From: an uncultured Thermoleophilia bacterium
Lineage (GTDB): Bacteria > Actinomycetota > Thermoleophilia > Gaiellales > Gaiellaceae
Assembly: GCA_963819335.1 (NCBI GenBank)
Contig: CAWFVQ010000005.1
Span: forward strand, 234,178-298,177
Reading direction: 5' to 3'
Length of the DNA stretch: 64,000 nucleotides
This document shows, piece after piece, positions 13,029 to 26,253 of this stretch. The position numbers and the translations under genes are program-made. Numbering within the stretch: the first letter of the stretch is position 1; the number at the start of each line of letters is the position of its first letter. The notes under the pieces are model-generated. The model did no database searches, was not told the DNA's origin, and saw nothing but the letters and a program-made list of their open reading frames with translations.

Positions 13029-14282
13029 CCGCTGGCAGCGGCGCGCGACCGCGAGCTGAACGACTCCGGGATCGGCGTCGAAGCGCTCCTTGCAACCCGG
13101 CCCGCAGAAGTGCAGCACGTGCGTCCGTTCACGACGTCGAGCTTGCCGGCGTGCCGGTCGACACGTCATCCCGCACACGGGATCGCGTCGCACCGCGGCG
13201 CAACGTCAGCGCGATCAGCGCGACGAAGACGACGGCGAAGCGATGTCGAGGAACGACGTGTAGTTCCAGGTCACGTGGCGCTCGGTGATCGAGCGACCGA
13301 CGGCCGCTCCGACGGCACGAGCCCGAGCAGCCGAGAACAGCCCGTCGACGGCGAGCGCCGCGACGACGATCGCGCCGAACATCGATCCCGACGAGCAGCG
13401 CCGCGAACCGGCGGCCGTAGACCTTCCCGTAGTACGCGACGATCGGGAGGATCATGCAGGTCGGCGAAGAGGAACGCGAGGACGCCGGCGAACGAGATCC
13501 CGCCCGCCCAGAGCACGGCCGCGAGCGGCACGTTCCCGATCGAGCAGACGAACGACGAGCGCCGCGACGATCGGCCCGACGAGCACGTTCTCGACGGCAC
13601 GCCACGGCTCCAGGGGCGTGTCGTGAGGAAGAGCGCGTTGAAGAAGTCCGATGCGGCAGCAGCGAGACGTAGCCGGCGATCAGGAAGCCGAGCCGCGATC
13701 TCCTTCCAGAGCATCTGCCAGTCGCCGCGGAAGTTGTGCGCGACGTCGGACCAGGCCTGAGCGACCGAACCTTCCGGCGCAGCGGACCGACGGATGGACG
13801 CGACGGGTGCACATGGCCGGCCTCGGCGAGCTGGCGCGCGCGGCGCAGACGCGCTCCTCGCGCCTGGCGGCCGACGAAGCGCCGCAGCCCGAGCCAGAGC
13901 AGCGCGATCAGCGATCAGCCCGCCGACGAACTCGCGCGAGCGTGAAGCGCCAGCCGATGAGCAGCCAGAGGACGAGCCCGAGCTCGAAGACGAGGTTCGT
14001 CGACGCGAACTGGAACGCCATCGCCGAGGCGAGGCTCGCCCCTTTCTCGAACAGCGACTTCGCGATCGCGATCGCGGCGTACGAGCACGACGACGAGGCG
14101 GCGCCGAGGCCGGTCGCGAGGGCGGCCTCCGGCGGGCCGCGGCCGCCGAGCGCCCGCTGGAGCCGCTCGCGCGGCACCCAGGCCTGGACGACGCCGGAGA
14201 GCGCGAAGCCGAGCACGAGCGCCCACCAGACCTCCCAGGCCATGCGGAGCGCGTTCTCCAGCACCGTCGCCAGGAGCCACAT
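13007..14282 (-). CDS. COG0701/ArsP-type permease with C-terminal YHS/TRASH metal-binding domain (resembles what NCBI calls the SO_0444 Cu/Zn efflux family; from memory)
   Basis: MWLLATVLENALRMAWEVWWALVLGFALSGVVQAW, GAASSSCSYAAIAIAKSLFEKGASLASAMAFQFASTNLVFELG, FVCSIGNVPLAAVLWAGGISFAGVLAFLFADL. C-terminal DPVCGM...HFCGPGCKERFDADP. About 5 frame switches. Confidence 0.65.
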
Positions 14283-14312
14283 GGGCTCCCAGGCTACTGC
14301 GGTGCCGAGGGC

Positions 14313-14417
14313 TTAGAGCTGGCGGCCGGGGCGGTCGATGCGCGAGTCGGCGCCGAAGACGGCGGCGAGCACACAGACGCCGACGAACGACGATGAGAGA
14401 AGGCGATCAGCGGTCAT
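14313..14417 (-). CDS. possible 34-aa membrane micro-protein upstream of the permease
   Basis: ATG preceded by AGAGG. Encodes MTADRLLSSSFVGVCVLAAVFGADSRIDRPGRQL (one hydrophobic helix). TAA stop lies 30 nt before the permease ATG, which has its own GGGAG Shine-Dalgarno. Too short for the ORF track. Confidence 0.2.
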   Translation of the reverse strand: MTADRLLSSSFVGVCVLAAVFGADSRIDRPGRQL

Positions 14418-14475
14418 GGCCTCTAGGGTGCCTGAGCAGGGTCTATCAGCACAAATGCGAGTTACTGATTGATTC

Positions 14476-14494
14476 CTATTATGGAACCTAATAG
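14476..14494. promoter_or_regulatory. LysR-type T-N11-A palindrome in an AT-rich divergent control region
   Basis: ctattatggaacctaatag = CTATTA-N7-TAATAG (TTA-N7-TAA fits T-N11-A). It sits 7 nt upstream of the LysR TTG start, in the only strongly AT-rich stretch of this neighbourhood. Confidence 0.4.
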
Positions 14495-14500
14495 ATTGGC

Positions 14501-15389
14501 TTGGGCGTCGAACTCCGCCACCTCGCGGCGCTGCAGGCGATCGCCGCGGAGGGCTCGTTCGGCCGCGCCGCGCAGCGGCTCGGCTACACCCAGTCGGCGG
14601 TCAGCCAGCAGATCGCGACGCTCGAGCGGATCGTCGGCGAGCGACTCGTCGAGCGGCCGGGCGGCCCGCGCGCCCGTCTCGCTGACCGAGGCCGGCGATG
14701 CTCCTCCGCGGCACGCGGACTCGATCGTCGCGCGGCTCGCAGGCCGCGCAGGCCGACCTGCAGCGCTCGCGAGCCGGCGAGCGTCGGCACGCTGCGCATC
14801 GGCACGTTCCAGTCGGTCGGCGCGCGCGTCGCTGCCGGAGGTGATGCGCCGGTTCGGTCGCGAGTGGCCGCAGCATCGAGGTCACGCTCGATAGAGCTCG
14901 AGGACGACGCGGTCGCGGCGGCGATCGAGCGCGGCGAGATCGACGTCGGCTTCGTGCTGCTGCCGATGGAGGACGCGCCGCTCGAGACGATCGAGGTGCT
15001 GCGCGACCCGTACGTGCTCGTCGTCACAGCCGAAGGGATCACCCGCTCGGGACGACCGTCAGCTTGCGCGAGCGATCGCCGCGGAGCCGCTCGTCGGCTT
15101 CCGCGACTCCTCGCCATCGCGAGCGTCGAGGCGGCGTTCCGCGCGGCAGGGCGTCGAGCCGCACTGGGCGTTCCGCGCGAACGACAACCCGACGGTGCAG
15201 GGGCTCGTCGCGGCCGGCGTCGGCGACGCGTGATGCCGCGGCTGACGGTCGACGAGCGCGATCCGCGGGTCGAGGTCGTCGACCTGCCGTCGGTCGCCGC
15301 CGCGCATCATCGGGATCGCGCGGCACCGCGACCGCTACGCGTCGCCGGCGACGCGCGCGTTCATCGAGACCGCGGTTACTCGACGGTGA
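14501..15389 (+). CDS. LysR-family transcriptional regulator
   Basis: HTH: [49 protein letters not shown]. Substrate domain: [22 protein letters not shown]. End ...[11 protein letters not shown]. About 5 frame switches. 3' end overlaps the glmS 3' end. Confidence 0.85.
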
Positions 15390-17205
15390 CGGTCTTCGCC
15401 AGGTTGCGCGGCTGGTCGACGTTCAGGCCGCGCAGCCGCGCGATGCGGTAGGCGAGCAGCTGCAGCGGCAGGATCGCGAGCGCGGCCTGGAGGAACGCCG
15501 GCGACTTCGGGACGTAGATCACGTCGTCGGCGTGGTGCTGGATGTCCTCGTTGCCGTCGGTCGCGATCGCGATCACGTGGGCTCCGCGCGCGCGCGTCTC
15601 CTGGATGTTCGAGACGATCTTGTCGTAGACATGGATGCGCGTCGCAACGACGACGACCGGCGTCCCCTCCTCGAGCAGCGCGATCGGCCCGTGCTTCATC
15701 TCGCCGGCCGAGTACGCCTCGGTCGGGATGTAGGAGATCTCCTTCAGCTTCAGCGCGCCTTCGAGCGCGACCGGCAGGCCGATGTGGCGGCCGAGGTAGA
15801 GGAAGAACGGCTTGTCGTGGAAGCGCTGCGCGATCTCCTCGATCGGGTGATCGGCGTCGAGGAAGCGCTGCATCTTGTTCGGCAGGTCGTAGACCTCGTC
15901 GAGGATGAACTCGACCTCTTCCTTCGGCAGCGTCTCGCGCACCTGCGCGAGCTTCAGGCCGATCAGGAAGAGCAGCGCGATCTGCGCGGTGAACGTCTTC
16001 GACGCGGCGACGCCGACCTCGAGCCCGGTGCGCGTGTAGATGCACGGAGTCGACCTCGCGCGTGATCTGCGAGCCCATCATGTTCGTGATCGCGACGGTG
16101 CGCGCACCCTTCTCGCGCGCGAGCTTCATCGCCTGGATCGTGTCGCGCGTCTCGCCCGACTGCGAGATGCCGATCACGAGCGTGCCCGGATCGAGGACCG
16201 GGTTGCGGTAGATCCACTCGCTCGCGACGTCCGGCTCGACGGGCACGCGCGCCCACTCCTCGATCGCGTAGCGACCGACGACGCCGGCGTGGTACGCGGT
16301 GCCGCAGCCGACGACGACGATGCGGCGTAGGTCGCGCAGCTCGTCTTCGCTCATGCCGAGCCCCTCGAGCACGAGGTGGCCGTGGCGGACGCGGTCGCCG
16401 ATCGTCTCGGCGACGCCTTCGGGCTGCTCGTAGATCTCCTTGAGCATGAAGGTCTCGTAGCCGGAGCGCTCGGCGGCGTCGTCGTCCCAGTCGACCTCGA
16501 CGACGTCGTGCTCGACGGGCTCGCCGGTGACGGCGTCGATGATCTCGACACCTTCGGGCGTGATCGACGCGATCTCGCCGTCGTTCGGGAACTGCACGCG
16601 GCGCGTCTCCGAGAGGAACGCCGCGAGGTTCGATGCGAGGAAGTTCTCGCCCTCGCCGAGCCCGACGACCATCGGCGTCTGGTGGCGCACGCCGACGAGC
16701 TGGTTCGGATGGTCGCGGTGGATGACGACGAACGTGAAGTGGCCCTCGAGCCGCCGGTAGACCGCGCGCACTGCCGCCACGAGGTCGCCGTCGTAGGCGT
16801 CCTCGAGCAGGTGCGCGACCGTCTCCGCGTCCGTCTCGGAGCGAAGCGTGTGGCCGGCCGCGGCCAGCTCCTCGCGCAGCTCGCGGTAGTTCTCGACGAT
16901 GCCGTTCAGGACGATCGCGAGCTGGCTCTCGTCGCACGCCGTCAGCGGGTGCGCGTTCTCCTCCGTGACGCCGCCGTGCGTCGCCCAGCGCGTGTGGCCG
17001 AGACCGGTCGTCGAGACCGAGCCGTTCGGGCCCGCCTTCTCGACGAGGTTCTCGAGTGGGCCGACGGCGCGGACGTACTCGAGGCCGTCGGCCTCGAGCA
17101 GCGCGATCCCGGCGGAGTCGTAGCCCCGGTACTCGAGCCGCTGCAAGCCCTCAAAAGCAGTGGCTTGGAAGGCCGGCTCCCGACGTATCCAATGATCCCG
17201 CACAT
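15376..17205 (-). CDS. glmS: glutamine--fructose-6-phosphate aminotransferase
   Basis: [103 protein letters not shown], ...NLAKTVTVE*. 2 frame switches (near 17170 and 16040). Confidence 0.95.
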
Positions 17206-17309
17206 GTCGGCTCCTTCCGTCTAGAAACGGCTAAAAGCCCGGCTTCGAAAAAGGCCCGCTCCTACAGCGAAACGGTCAGCCGAGCTCTCGTCGAACGAGC
17301 GCCGCGATG

Positions 17310-18546
17310 CTAGCACAGGCGTCTTTTGCCACCTGCAGCGTCCTCGGCCTCCGCCAGCACCCGGACGAGCGGCTCCGTGCCGGTCGGCCGCACGAGCACG
17401 CGGCCTGCGTCGCCCCACTCCCGATTCAGCCGCTCGACCTCGGCAACGAGCTCCGGGGTCAGCTCCTTGTCGGCGACGCGGACGTTCTCCTTGACCTGCG
17501 GGAACACCGGCATCACCGCGGCGACCTCGCTGAGCTTGCGCCCCTTGAGCGCGCTCGCAGAGCAGGAGACCTGCGGCGAGGCCGTCGCCGGTGACGTGGT
17601 CGCGAAGCCAGATGATGTGGCCCGACTGCTCGCCGCCGAGAATCGCGCCCTCGCGCTGCAGCGCCTCGAGCACGTAGCGGTCGCCGACGTTGGTCGTGTG
17701 CACGCGGATCCCGCGCTCGCGCATCAGCGCGTGGAAGCCGAGGTTCGTCATCACGGTCACCGCGACCTGGTCGACGCCCTGGTCGAGCGCGAGGATCGCG
17801 ACGATCTGGTCGCCGTCGACCGCCTCGCCGTTCTCGTCGACCGCGAGCATGCGGTCGCCGTCGCCGTCGAACGCGATGCCGAGGTCGAAGCCGCCGTCGA
17901 CCACCGTCCGCTGCAGGAGCGCGAGATCGGTCGCGCCGCAGCCGACGTTGATGTTCATGCCGTCGGGCGCGTCGCCGATCGCGTGCACCTCGGCGCCGCA
18001 GCTGCTCGAACGCGTCCGGCGCGAGGCCGGCGTAGGCGCCGTTGGCGCAGTCGACCACGATCCGGAGCCCGGTCAGGTCGGTGCCGAAGCGCTCGAGAAT
18101 GTGCGTCGAGGTACGAGTCGGTCGCGATCTCGACGTGCTCGATGCGGCCCTGGTCGATGCCCGGCGCCGCCGCGAGCAGCTCCTCGATCTGCTCCTCGGA
18201 CTCGTCGGAGAGCTTGTGGCCCTTCGCAGTCGAAGAACTTGACGCCGTTGTACTCGGGCGGGTTGTGCGACGCGGAGATGACGACGCCGAGGTCGAGCGC
18301 GAGCAGCGCGACGGCCGGCGTCGGCAGGACGCCGCCGAGGATGCAGTCGCCGCCCGCCGAGACGACGCCGCGCGCGAACGCCTCTTCGAGCTCGACGCCG
18401 GACGCGCGCGTGTCGCGGCCGACGAACACCTTCGCGGCGCCGGTCCAGAGCGCCGCGGCGCGGCCGAGCCGCTCGACGAGCTCCGGCGTGAGGAACTCGC
18501 CCACGACGCCGCGGACACCATCGGTGCCGAAGTACTTCCTCGCCAT
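17310..18546 (-). CDS. glmM: phosphoglucosamine mutase
   Basis: MARKYFGTDGVRGVVGE, VVISASHNPPEYNGVKFF, GIAFDGDGDRMLAVDE, GGEQSGHIIW. About 4 frame switches. Confidence 0.9.
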
Positions 18547-18560
18547 GGTGGGCGGCGCGG

Positions 18561-18956
18561 TTAGCGCTTCGAGAACTGCGGGGCCTTGCGGGCCTTGTGC
18601 AGACCGGCCTTCTTGCGCTCGACCTGGCGTGCGTCGCGCGTCAGGAAGCCGGCGCGCTTCAGCGGCACGCGGAGCTCCGGGTTGACCTCGACGAGCGCCC
18701 GGGCGATGCCGTGACGCACCGCGCCGGCCTGGCCCGACGGACCGCCGCCGTGCACGCGCACGCGGAGGTCGTACTGGCCGTCAAGGCCGGCCGTCTTCAG
18801 CGGCGAGGTCGCGAGCATCTGATGGACGATGCGCGGGAAGTACTCCTCGAGCGTCTTGCCGTTGACCCACGTGCCGCCGTCGCCGGGGCGCAGGATCACA
18901 CGCGCGACAGACGTCTTGCGCTTGCCGGTGCCGAGGTATTGAGCGGGAGTCGACAT
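18561..18956 (-). CDS. rpsI: 30S ribosomal protein S9
   Basis: Intact 131-aa ORF: ...[17 protein letters not shown]...[19 protein letters not shown]...[17 protein letters not shown]. Confidence 0.97.
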   Translation of the reverse strand: MSTPAQYLGTGKRKTSVARVILRPGDGGTWVNGKTLEEYFPRIVHQMLATSPLKTAGLDGQYDLRVRVHGGGPSGQAGAVRHGIARALVEVNPELRVPLKRAGFLTRDARQVERKKAGLHKARKAPQFSKR

Positions 18957-19385
18957 TTACACCTCGAGGGGGGTCGGAGCCTGTGCCTCGTGCGGATGCT
19001 CCGGGCCCGCGTAGATCTTCAGCTTGGTCAGCTGCGCGCGGCCGAGCTTGTTCCGGGGAAGCATCCCCTTGACCGCCTTGCGCAGCACCTCCGTCGGCTG
19101 ACGCTCGAGCTGCTCGCGAAGCGTGCGCTCGCGCAGACCGCCGGGATAGCCGGAGTGCCTGTAGTACATCTTCTGGTCGAGCTTCTTCCCCGTGACCGCG
19201 ATCTTCTCGGCGTTGACGACGACGACGAAGTCGCCGGTGTCGACGTGCTGGGTGAAGATCGGCTTGCCCTTGCCGCGCAGACGGTCCGCGATCACGGTCG
19301 CGAGACGGCCCAGGGTCTTCCCCTCGGCATCGACGACGAGCCAGTCGCGTTGAATCTCGCCCGGTTTGGCGCTGTAGGTCTTCAT
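18957..19385 (-). CDS. rplM: 50S ribosomal protein L13
   Basis: Intact: [62 protein letters not shown]...[10 protein letters not shown]...MLPRNKLG. Confidence 0.97.
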   Translation of the reverse strand: MKTYSAKPGEIQRDWLVVDAEGKTLGRLATVIADRLRGKGKPIFTQHVDTGDFVVVVNAEKIAVTGKKLDQKMYYRHSGYPGGLRERTLREQLERQPTEVLRKAVKGMLPRNKLGRAQLTKLKIYAGPEHPHEAQAPTPLEV

Positions 19386-19930
19386 ACGGAGAAAGGGCGG
19401 ACAAGGCGTCCGCCGGGGGCGAATCGTAGCAGCCCAGCGCGGAACTCGGCCAGTCCGCCGTGGGACGGATGGCGGACGTACGTTCCCCCGAGCGCGCTCT
19501 GGGCGATGCGGCCGACCGCCACGACGCGGCGCCCCTCGGCCAGGAGCTCTGCGAAGACACGGCCCGCTCCCACTTCCGTGCGGGTCGGCGCCCGGTTCGA
19601 GGTTGCCGTGCCCGGGTGCGTCGGCACGACATTCCAGAGCAGCACCTGGTCGGTCAGGCCGAGCTCGGCGAGGACGCGGTGGACGATCGTCGCGGTCGCT
19701 TCGGCCGGCCCGGCGCCCGTCAGCTGGCGCTCGGAGGTGAACGGAAGCCCGGAGACCCGGGCGCCGCGGTACCCGGGCGCCTCGCCGACGAGCAGGAGCG
19801 GCGCGTCGGCGCGCGACTCGAGGTAGGCGGCGAGCCGGGCACAGCGGACGTCGGCGCCCGCGCCGTCCCTGTAGAAGTTCACCGTCCGCCCGATCCGGGC
19901 GGCGGCGAGCATGTCGATGAACGAGCGCAT
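19382..19930 (-). CDS. uracil-DNA glycosylase superfamily protein (family-4-like motifs)
   Basis: Intact 182-aa ORF with [43 protein letters not shown]. Its TGA overlaps the rplM ATG (ATGA). Confidence 0.8.
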   Translation of the reverse strand: MRSFIDMLAAARIGRTVNFYRDGAGADVRCARLAAYLESRADAPLLLVGEAPGYRGARVSGLPFTSERQLTGAGPAEATATIVHRVLAELGLTDQVLLWNVVPTHPGTATSNRAPTRTEVGAGRVFAELLAEGRRVVAVGRIAQSALGGTYVRHPSHGGLAEFRAGLLRFAPGGRLVRPFSV

Positions 19931-20995
19931 CCAGATCCGAACTCTGACGGACGGCGGCCAGCAGCCGGTGGAGATCGCGCACGCCGTCGCCGACGTTCCT
20001 GGACGGGGCCAAGTCCACGCTCGACCTCGCCCAGTACGACTTCAACCTGGGCGCGGAGACGGGCGCGATCGTCGGCGACGCGATCCGCCGGGCGGCGGCG
20101 CGCGGCGTGAAGATCCGGTTCGCCTACAACGTCGACCACGCCAATCCGATCCCGGTGCCGCCGCCGCCGGAGCCGGACGTGACGCTGATCGCGACGCTGC
20201 CGGTCGACGGCAAGGCGATCGCCGGCGTCCCCGACCTGATGCACCACAAGTACGTGATCCGCGACCGCGAGACCGTCTGGACCGGCTCGCTGAACTGGAC
20301 CGACGACTCGTGGTCGCGTCAGGAGAACGTGGTCGCGGTTCGTTCGCTCGAAGCCGATCGCCAAGGCGTTCCGGATCGACTTCGACCAGCTGTGGGGCAG
20401 CAGCGACGTCGAGCAGACCGGCTTCGTCGACCCGCGCTGGGAGCAAGGCGTGCGCGTGTGGTTCACGCCCGGGCACGGCGAGGACCTCTCGTCGCGCATC
20501 GCGAAGATGATCCGCCGTGCGAAGCGGCGCGTCCGCATCTGCTCGCCGGTGATCACGACCGGCCCGGTGCTCGGCACGCTCGCGCAGGTGATCGCCGACA
20601 AGTCGGTCGACGTCGCCGGCTGCGTCGACACGACGCAGATGCGCGACGTGATCCGGCAGTGGCAGGCACTCGGCAACGCGTCCTGGAAGCTGCCGCTGCT
20701 CGAACAGGTGATGGGCGCAGGCGTCTTCACCGGCAAGCTGTCGACGCCGTACGGGAACGGGACGGTGCACGACTTCATGCACGCGAAGGTGACCGTCTGC
20801 GACGACACCGTGTTCGTCGGCTCGTTCAACCTCTCGCGGAGCGGCGAGAAGAACGCCGAGAACGTGCTCGAGCTGAAGGACGCTGCGATCGCCGATCGGC
20901 TCGCCGCGTTCATCGACGAGGTGCGGCTGCGGTACCCGGCGTTTACCAGCGCTGCCGGTGGACCAGCTCCGGCAGCACCCGCTGACGCTCCTTGA
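19911..20995 (+). CDS. phospholipase D-like (two HKD motifs) domain protein
   Basis: HKD-1 [23 protein letters not shown]; HKD-2 [28 protein letters not shown]. 2 frame switches. The first ATGs (19911/19917) overlap the divergent UDG start. Confidence 0.75.
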
Positions 20996-21540
20996 GCCGC
21001 GAGCCGGCGGGGGCGTCCTCGCCCGGCTTGCCGATCAGCGCGAGCCCGATCGGCACGACCTCCTCAGGCAGGCCGAGCAGCTCGTCGAAGATGCGCTTCT
21101 GGTCGGGGTGGCCGATGAACGCGCTCGCGAGCCCTTCGTCGATCGCCGCCAGCAGCACGAGCATCATCAGCGCGCCCGCATCGACGAACCAGTACGGCAC
21201 CGGCCACGTCACCTCGACCCCACCTGTGGCGGCGAGCTTGTCGGCCTCGTTGTAGCGGGCGTGGTACAGCGACTCGTTCGCCGAGATGACCATGTGCACC
21301 GGCGCGTCGAGAATGAAATTGCGTCCGTTCTTCGAGTAGTGCTCGTCCCCGAAGGCGCGGGCGATCTCGGCGCGCTTGTCGTCGTCGGTGACGACGACGA
21401 TGCTGCCGCCCTGGCTGAACCCGCCGGACGGCGCGCGGCGGATCACGCCGGCGATCCGCTCGATCTGCTCGTCGCGGGATCGGATCGGGCAGGAAGGCGC
21501 GGTGCATGCGCCGTTTGGAGAGGACGTCGCGGAACTCCAT
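20943..21540 (-). CDS. nitroreductase-family protein
   Basis: MEFRDVLSKRRMHRAF, IRRAPSGGFSQG, VPYWFVDAGALMMLVLLAAIDEGLASAFIG. One frame switch. Confidence 0.8.
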
Positions 21541-21565
21541 GTCGGCACCGTATAGCCTCCGGCGC

Positions 21566-22312
21566 ATGACGAGATTCCAAGGTAAGACGGCGTTGGTGAC
21601 GGGCGGCGCGAAGGGCATCGGCGCCGCGACCGCAAAGCGGTTCGCAGAGGAGGGCGCGACGGTCATCGTCGCGGACTTCGACGACGAGGCCGCGCAGGCA
21701 ACGGCGCAGGAGATCGGCGGCCACGCCGTTCGCTGCGACGTGACGAAGGTCGAGGACGTCGAAGCGGCGGTCGCGAAGGCCGTCGAGGCCGGCGGCTCGC
21801 TCGACATGCTCGTGACGTGCGCGGGGATCATCCGCGACAACATGCTGTTCAAGATGAGCGACGACGACTGGAACGCGGTCATCGACACTCACTTGAAAGG
21901 AACGTTCTACGCGGCACGCGCGGCGCAGAAGCAGATGGTCGAGCAGAAGAGCGGCCGGATGGTGCTGATCTCGTCGGTGTCGGCGCTCGGCAACCGCGGC
22001 CAGACGAACTACTCGACCGCGAAAGCGGGCCTGCAGGGCATGACGAAGACCCTCGCGATCGAGCTCGGGCAGTTCGGCATCACGGCGAACTCCATCGCGC
22101 CTGGATTCATCGAGACCGACATGACGCGCGCGACGGCGGAGCGCATCGGCGTCCCGTTCGACGCATTCAAGGAGCACGCTGCCAAGGAGATCCCGCTGCG
22201 CCGTGTCGGCCAGCCGGAGGACGTCGCCGCGCTGGTCGCCTTCCTCTGCTCGGATGAGGCAGGCTTCGTCAGCGGCCAGGTGATCTACGCCGCCGGCGGT
22301 CCGAGGGACTGA
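21566..22312 (+). CDS. fabG: 3-oxoacyl-[ACP] reductase-type SDR
   Basis: Intact: KTALVTGGAKGIGAA, SSVSALGNRGQTNYSTAKAGLQGMTKTLAIEL, ANSIAPGFIETDM. TAGCCT -10 box lies 7 nt before the ATG. Confidence 0.8.
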   Translation: MTRFQGKTALVTGGAKGIGAATAKRFAEEGATVIVADFDDEAAQATAQEIGGHAVRCDVTKVEDVEAAVAKAVEAGGSLDMLVTCAGIIRDNMLFKMSDDDWNAVIDTHLKGTFYAARAAQKQMVEQKSGRMVLISSVSALGNRGQTNYSTAKAGLQGMTKTLAIELGQFGITANSIAPGFIETDMTRATAERIGVPFDAFKEHAAKEIPLRRVGQPEDVAALVAFLCSDEAGFVSGQVIYAAGGPRD

Positions 22313-22925
22313 CCCGCGGCGTCGTACGCCACGTACGAGTACGTGTCGCGCCACGGCACGAGCGGCGTACTCCTCGCGCAACATCGTCAGCAGCACCATG
22401 TCCCCGCGCCGCTCATTCGGGCGGCCGGGGATGCGCTGACGAAGGACCCCTTCGTGGATGAACCCGAGCTTCGCGCTCACACCGAGGCTCTTCTCGTTAC
22501 GTGAGTCTGCGCCGATGTCGACGCGGTCGACGCCGCAGACCTCGAACGCGGCGCGCGTCAGCACAGCCGCCATCTCGGTCGCGATCCCCTGACGCACCGC
22601 GTCGGCCGCGACCCAGTAGCCGATCTCGAGCGAGCCAGGTCCGCCGCGAGCATGCAGGCCGGTGCCGCCGAGGATCCGCGACTCGTCGCGGGCGAAGATG
22701 CCGTAGATGTAGTCCTCGTCCGCATCGAACCGCGCACGAAAGAAACGCAGGCGATCGGTGATCGTCGAAAGCTCCTCCGGCTCGGCCGGCGTCCACGCCA
22801 TGCACTCCAGAGGTGGTCGCGGCTCCGTTCGACCGCGTCCTTGAGAAGCGGCGCATCGGCCGGGTCGTAGCAGCGGATGACGAGACGCTCGGTCTCGATC
22901 CGGTACGGCGGGGTGGCGACGCCGT

Positions 22926-22935
<10 letters not shown>
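22284..22935 (-). CDS. GNAT N-acetyltransferase (RimJ/RimL-like)
   Basis: [25 protein letters not shown]; [66 protein letters not shown] start overlaps the guaA end. 1-2 frame switches; 3' end uncertain. Confidence 0.65.
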
Positions 22936-25992
<3,057 letters not shown>

Positions 25993-26047
25993 CGCGAAAC
26001 GGTACAGACCGTCCCGGATGAGCGGTCCCTCCGAGGCGTGTCTCTGA

Positions 26048-26075
26048 GTCTGCTCAGAGAGGTCTCTGAGCAGAC
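26048..26075 (-). promoter_or_regulatory. perfect 13-bp inverted repeat in the guaB leader
   Basis: gtctgctcagaga-gg-tctctgagcagac, about 55-80 nt upstream of the guaB ATG. Part of a cluster of CTCTGAG/CTCAGAG heptamers. Confidence 0.35.
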
Positions 26076-26211
26076 CGCCCCGCAAACGGTCGAGCGAGGC
26101 GTGCCGACACGTCGTGAACGGACGGTGGCGAGGAACCCGTTTGCCCACCGGCCACTGCGGCACGCACGTTGCAGTTCCGTTTCACTTCCGTGCGCGTTTG
26201 TGGGTGGGCCG

Positions 26212-26231
26212 CCTCTGAGACGTCTCTGAGG
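26212..26231 (-). repeat. direct CTCTGAG-ACGT-CTCTGAG repeat just downstream of the pfkB stop
   Basis: cctctgagacgtctctgagg. Adjacent tandem tggggcgc x2 at about 26239-26254. Confidence 0.3.
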
Positions 26232-26253
26232 ACACCGTTGGGGCGCTGGGGCG

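Noticed and set aside
17206-17309. Possible glmS ribozyme upstream of glmS
   Set aside because: Only 104 nt separate the glmM stop and the glmS AUG, whereas the ribozyme core needs about 170 nt. I could not find the conserved cleavage-site or core sequences. The element is not known from this kind of high-GC lineage.
19382-20995. UDG-family gene plus divergent PLD-like (HKD) gene as a defence-system fragment
   Set aside because: No helicase, methyltransferase or other partner genes are present. The UDG is embedded in the ribosomal-protein operon, and the PLD protein looks like a generic two-HKD phospholipase or cardiolipin-synthase-type enzyme.
26041-26231. The CTCTGAG repeats as a CRISPR array, MITE or IS terminal repeats
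   Set aside because: The repeats are only 7-13 nt and irregularly spaced, and there are no cas or transposase genes. They fit a regulatory region better.
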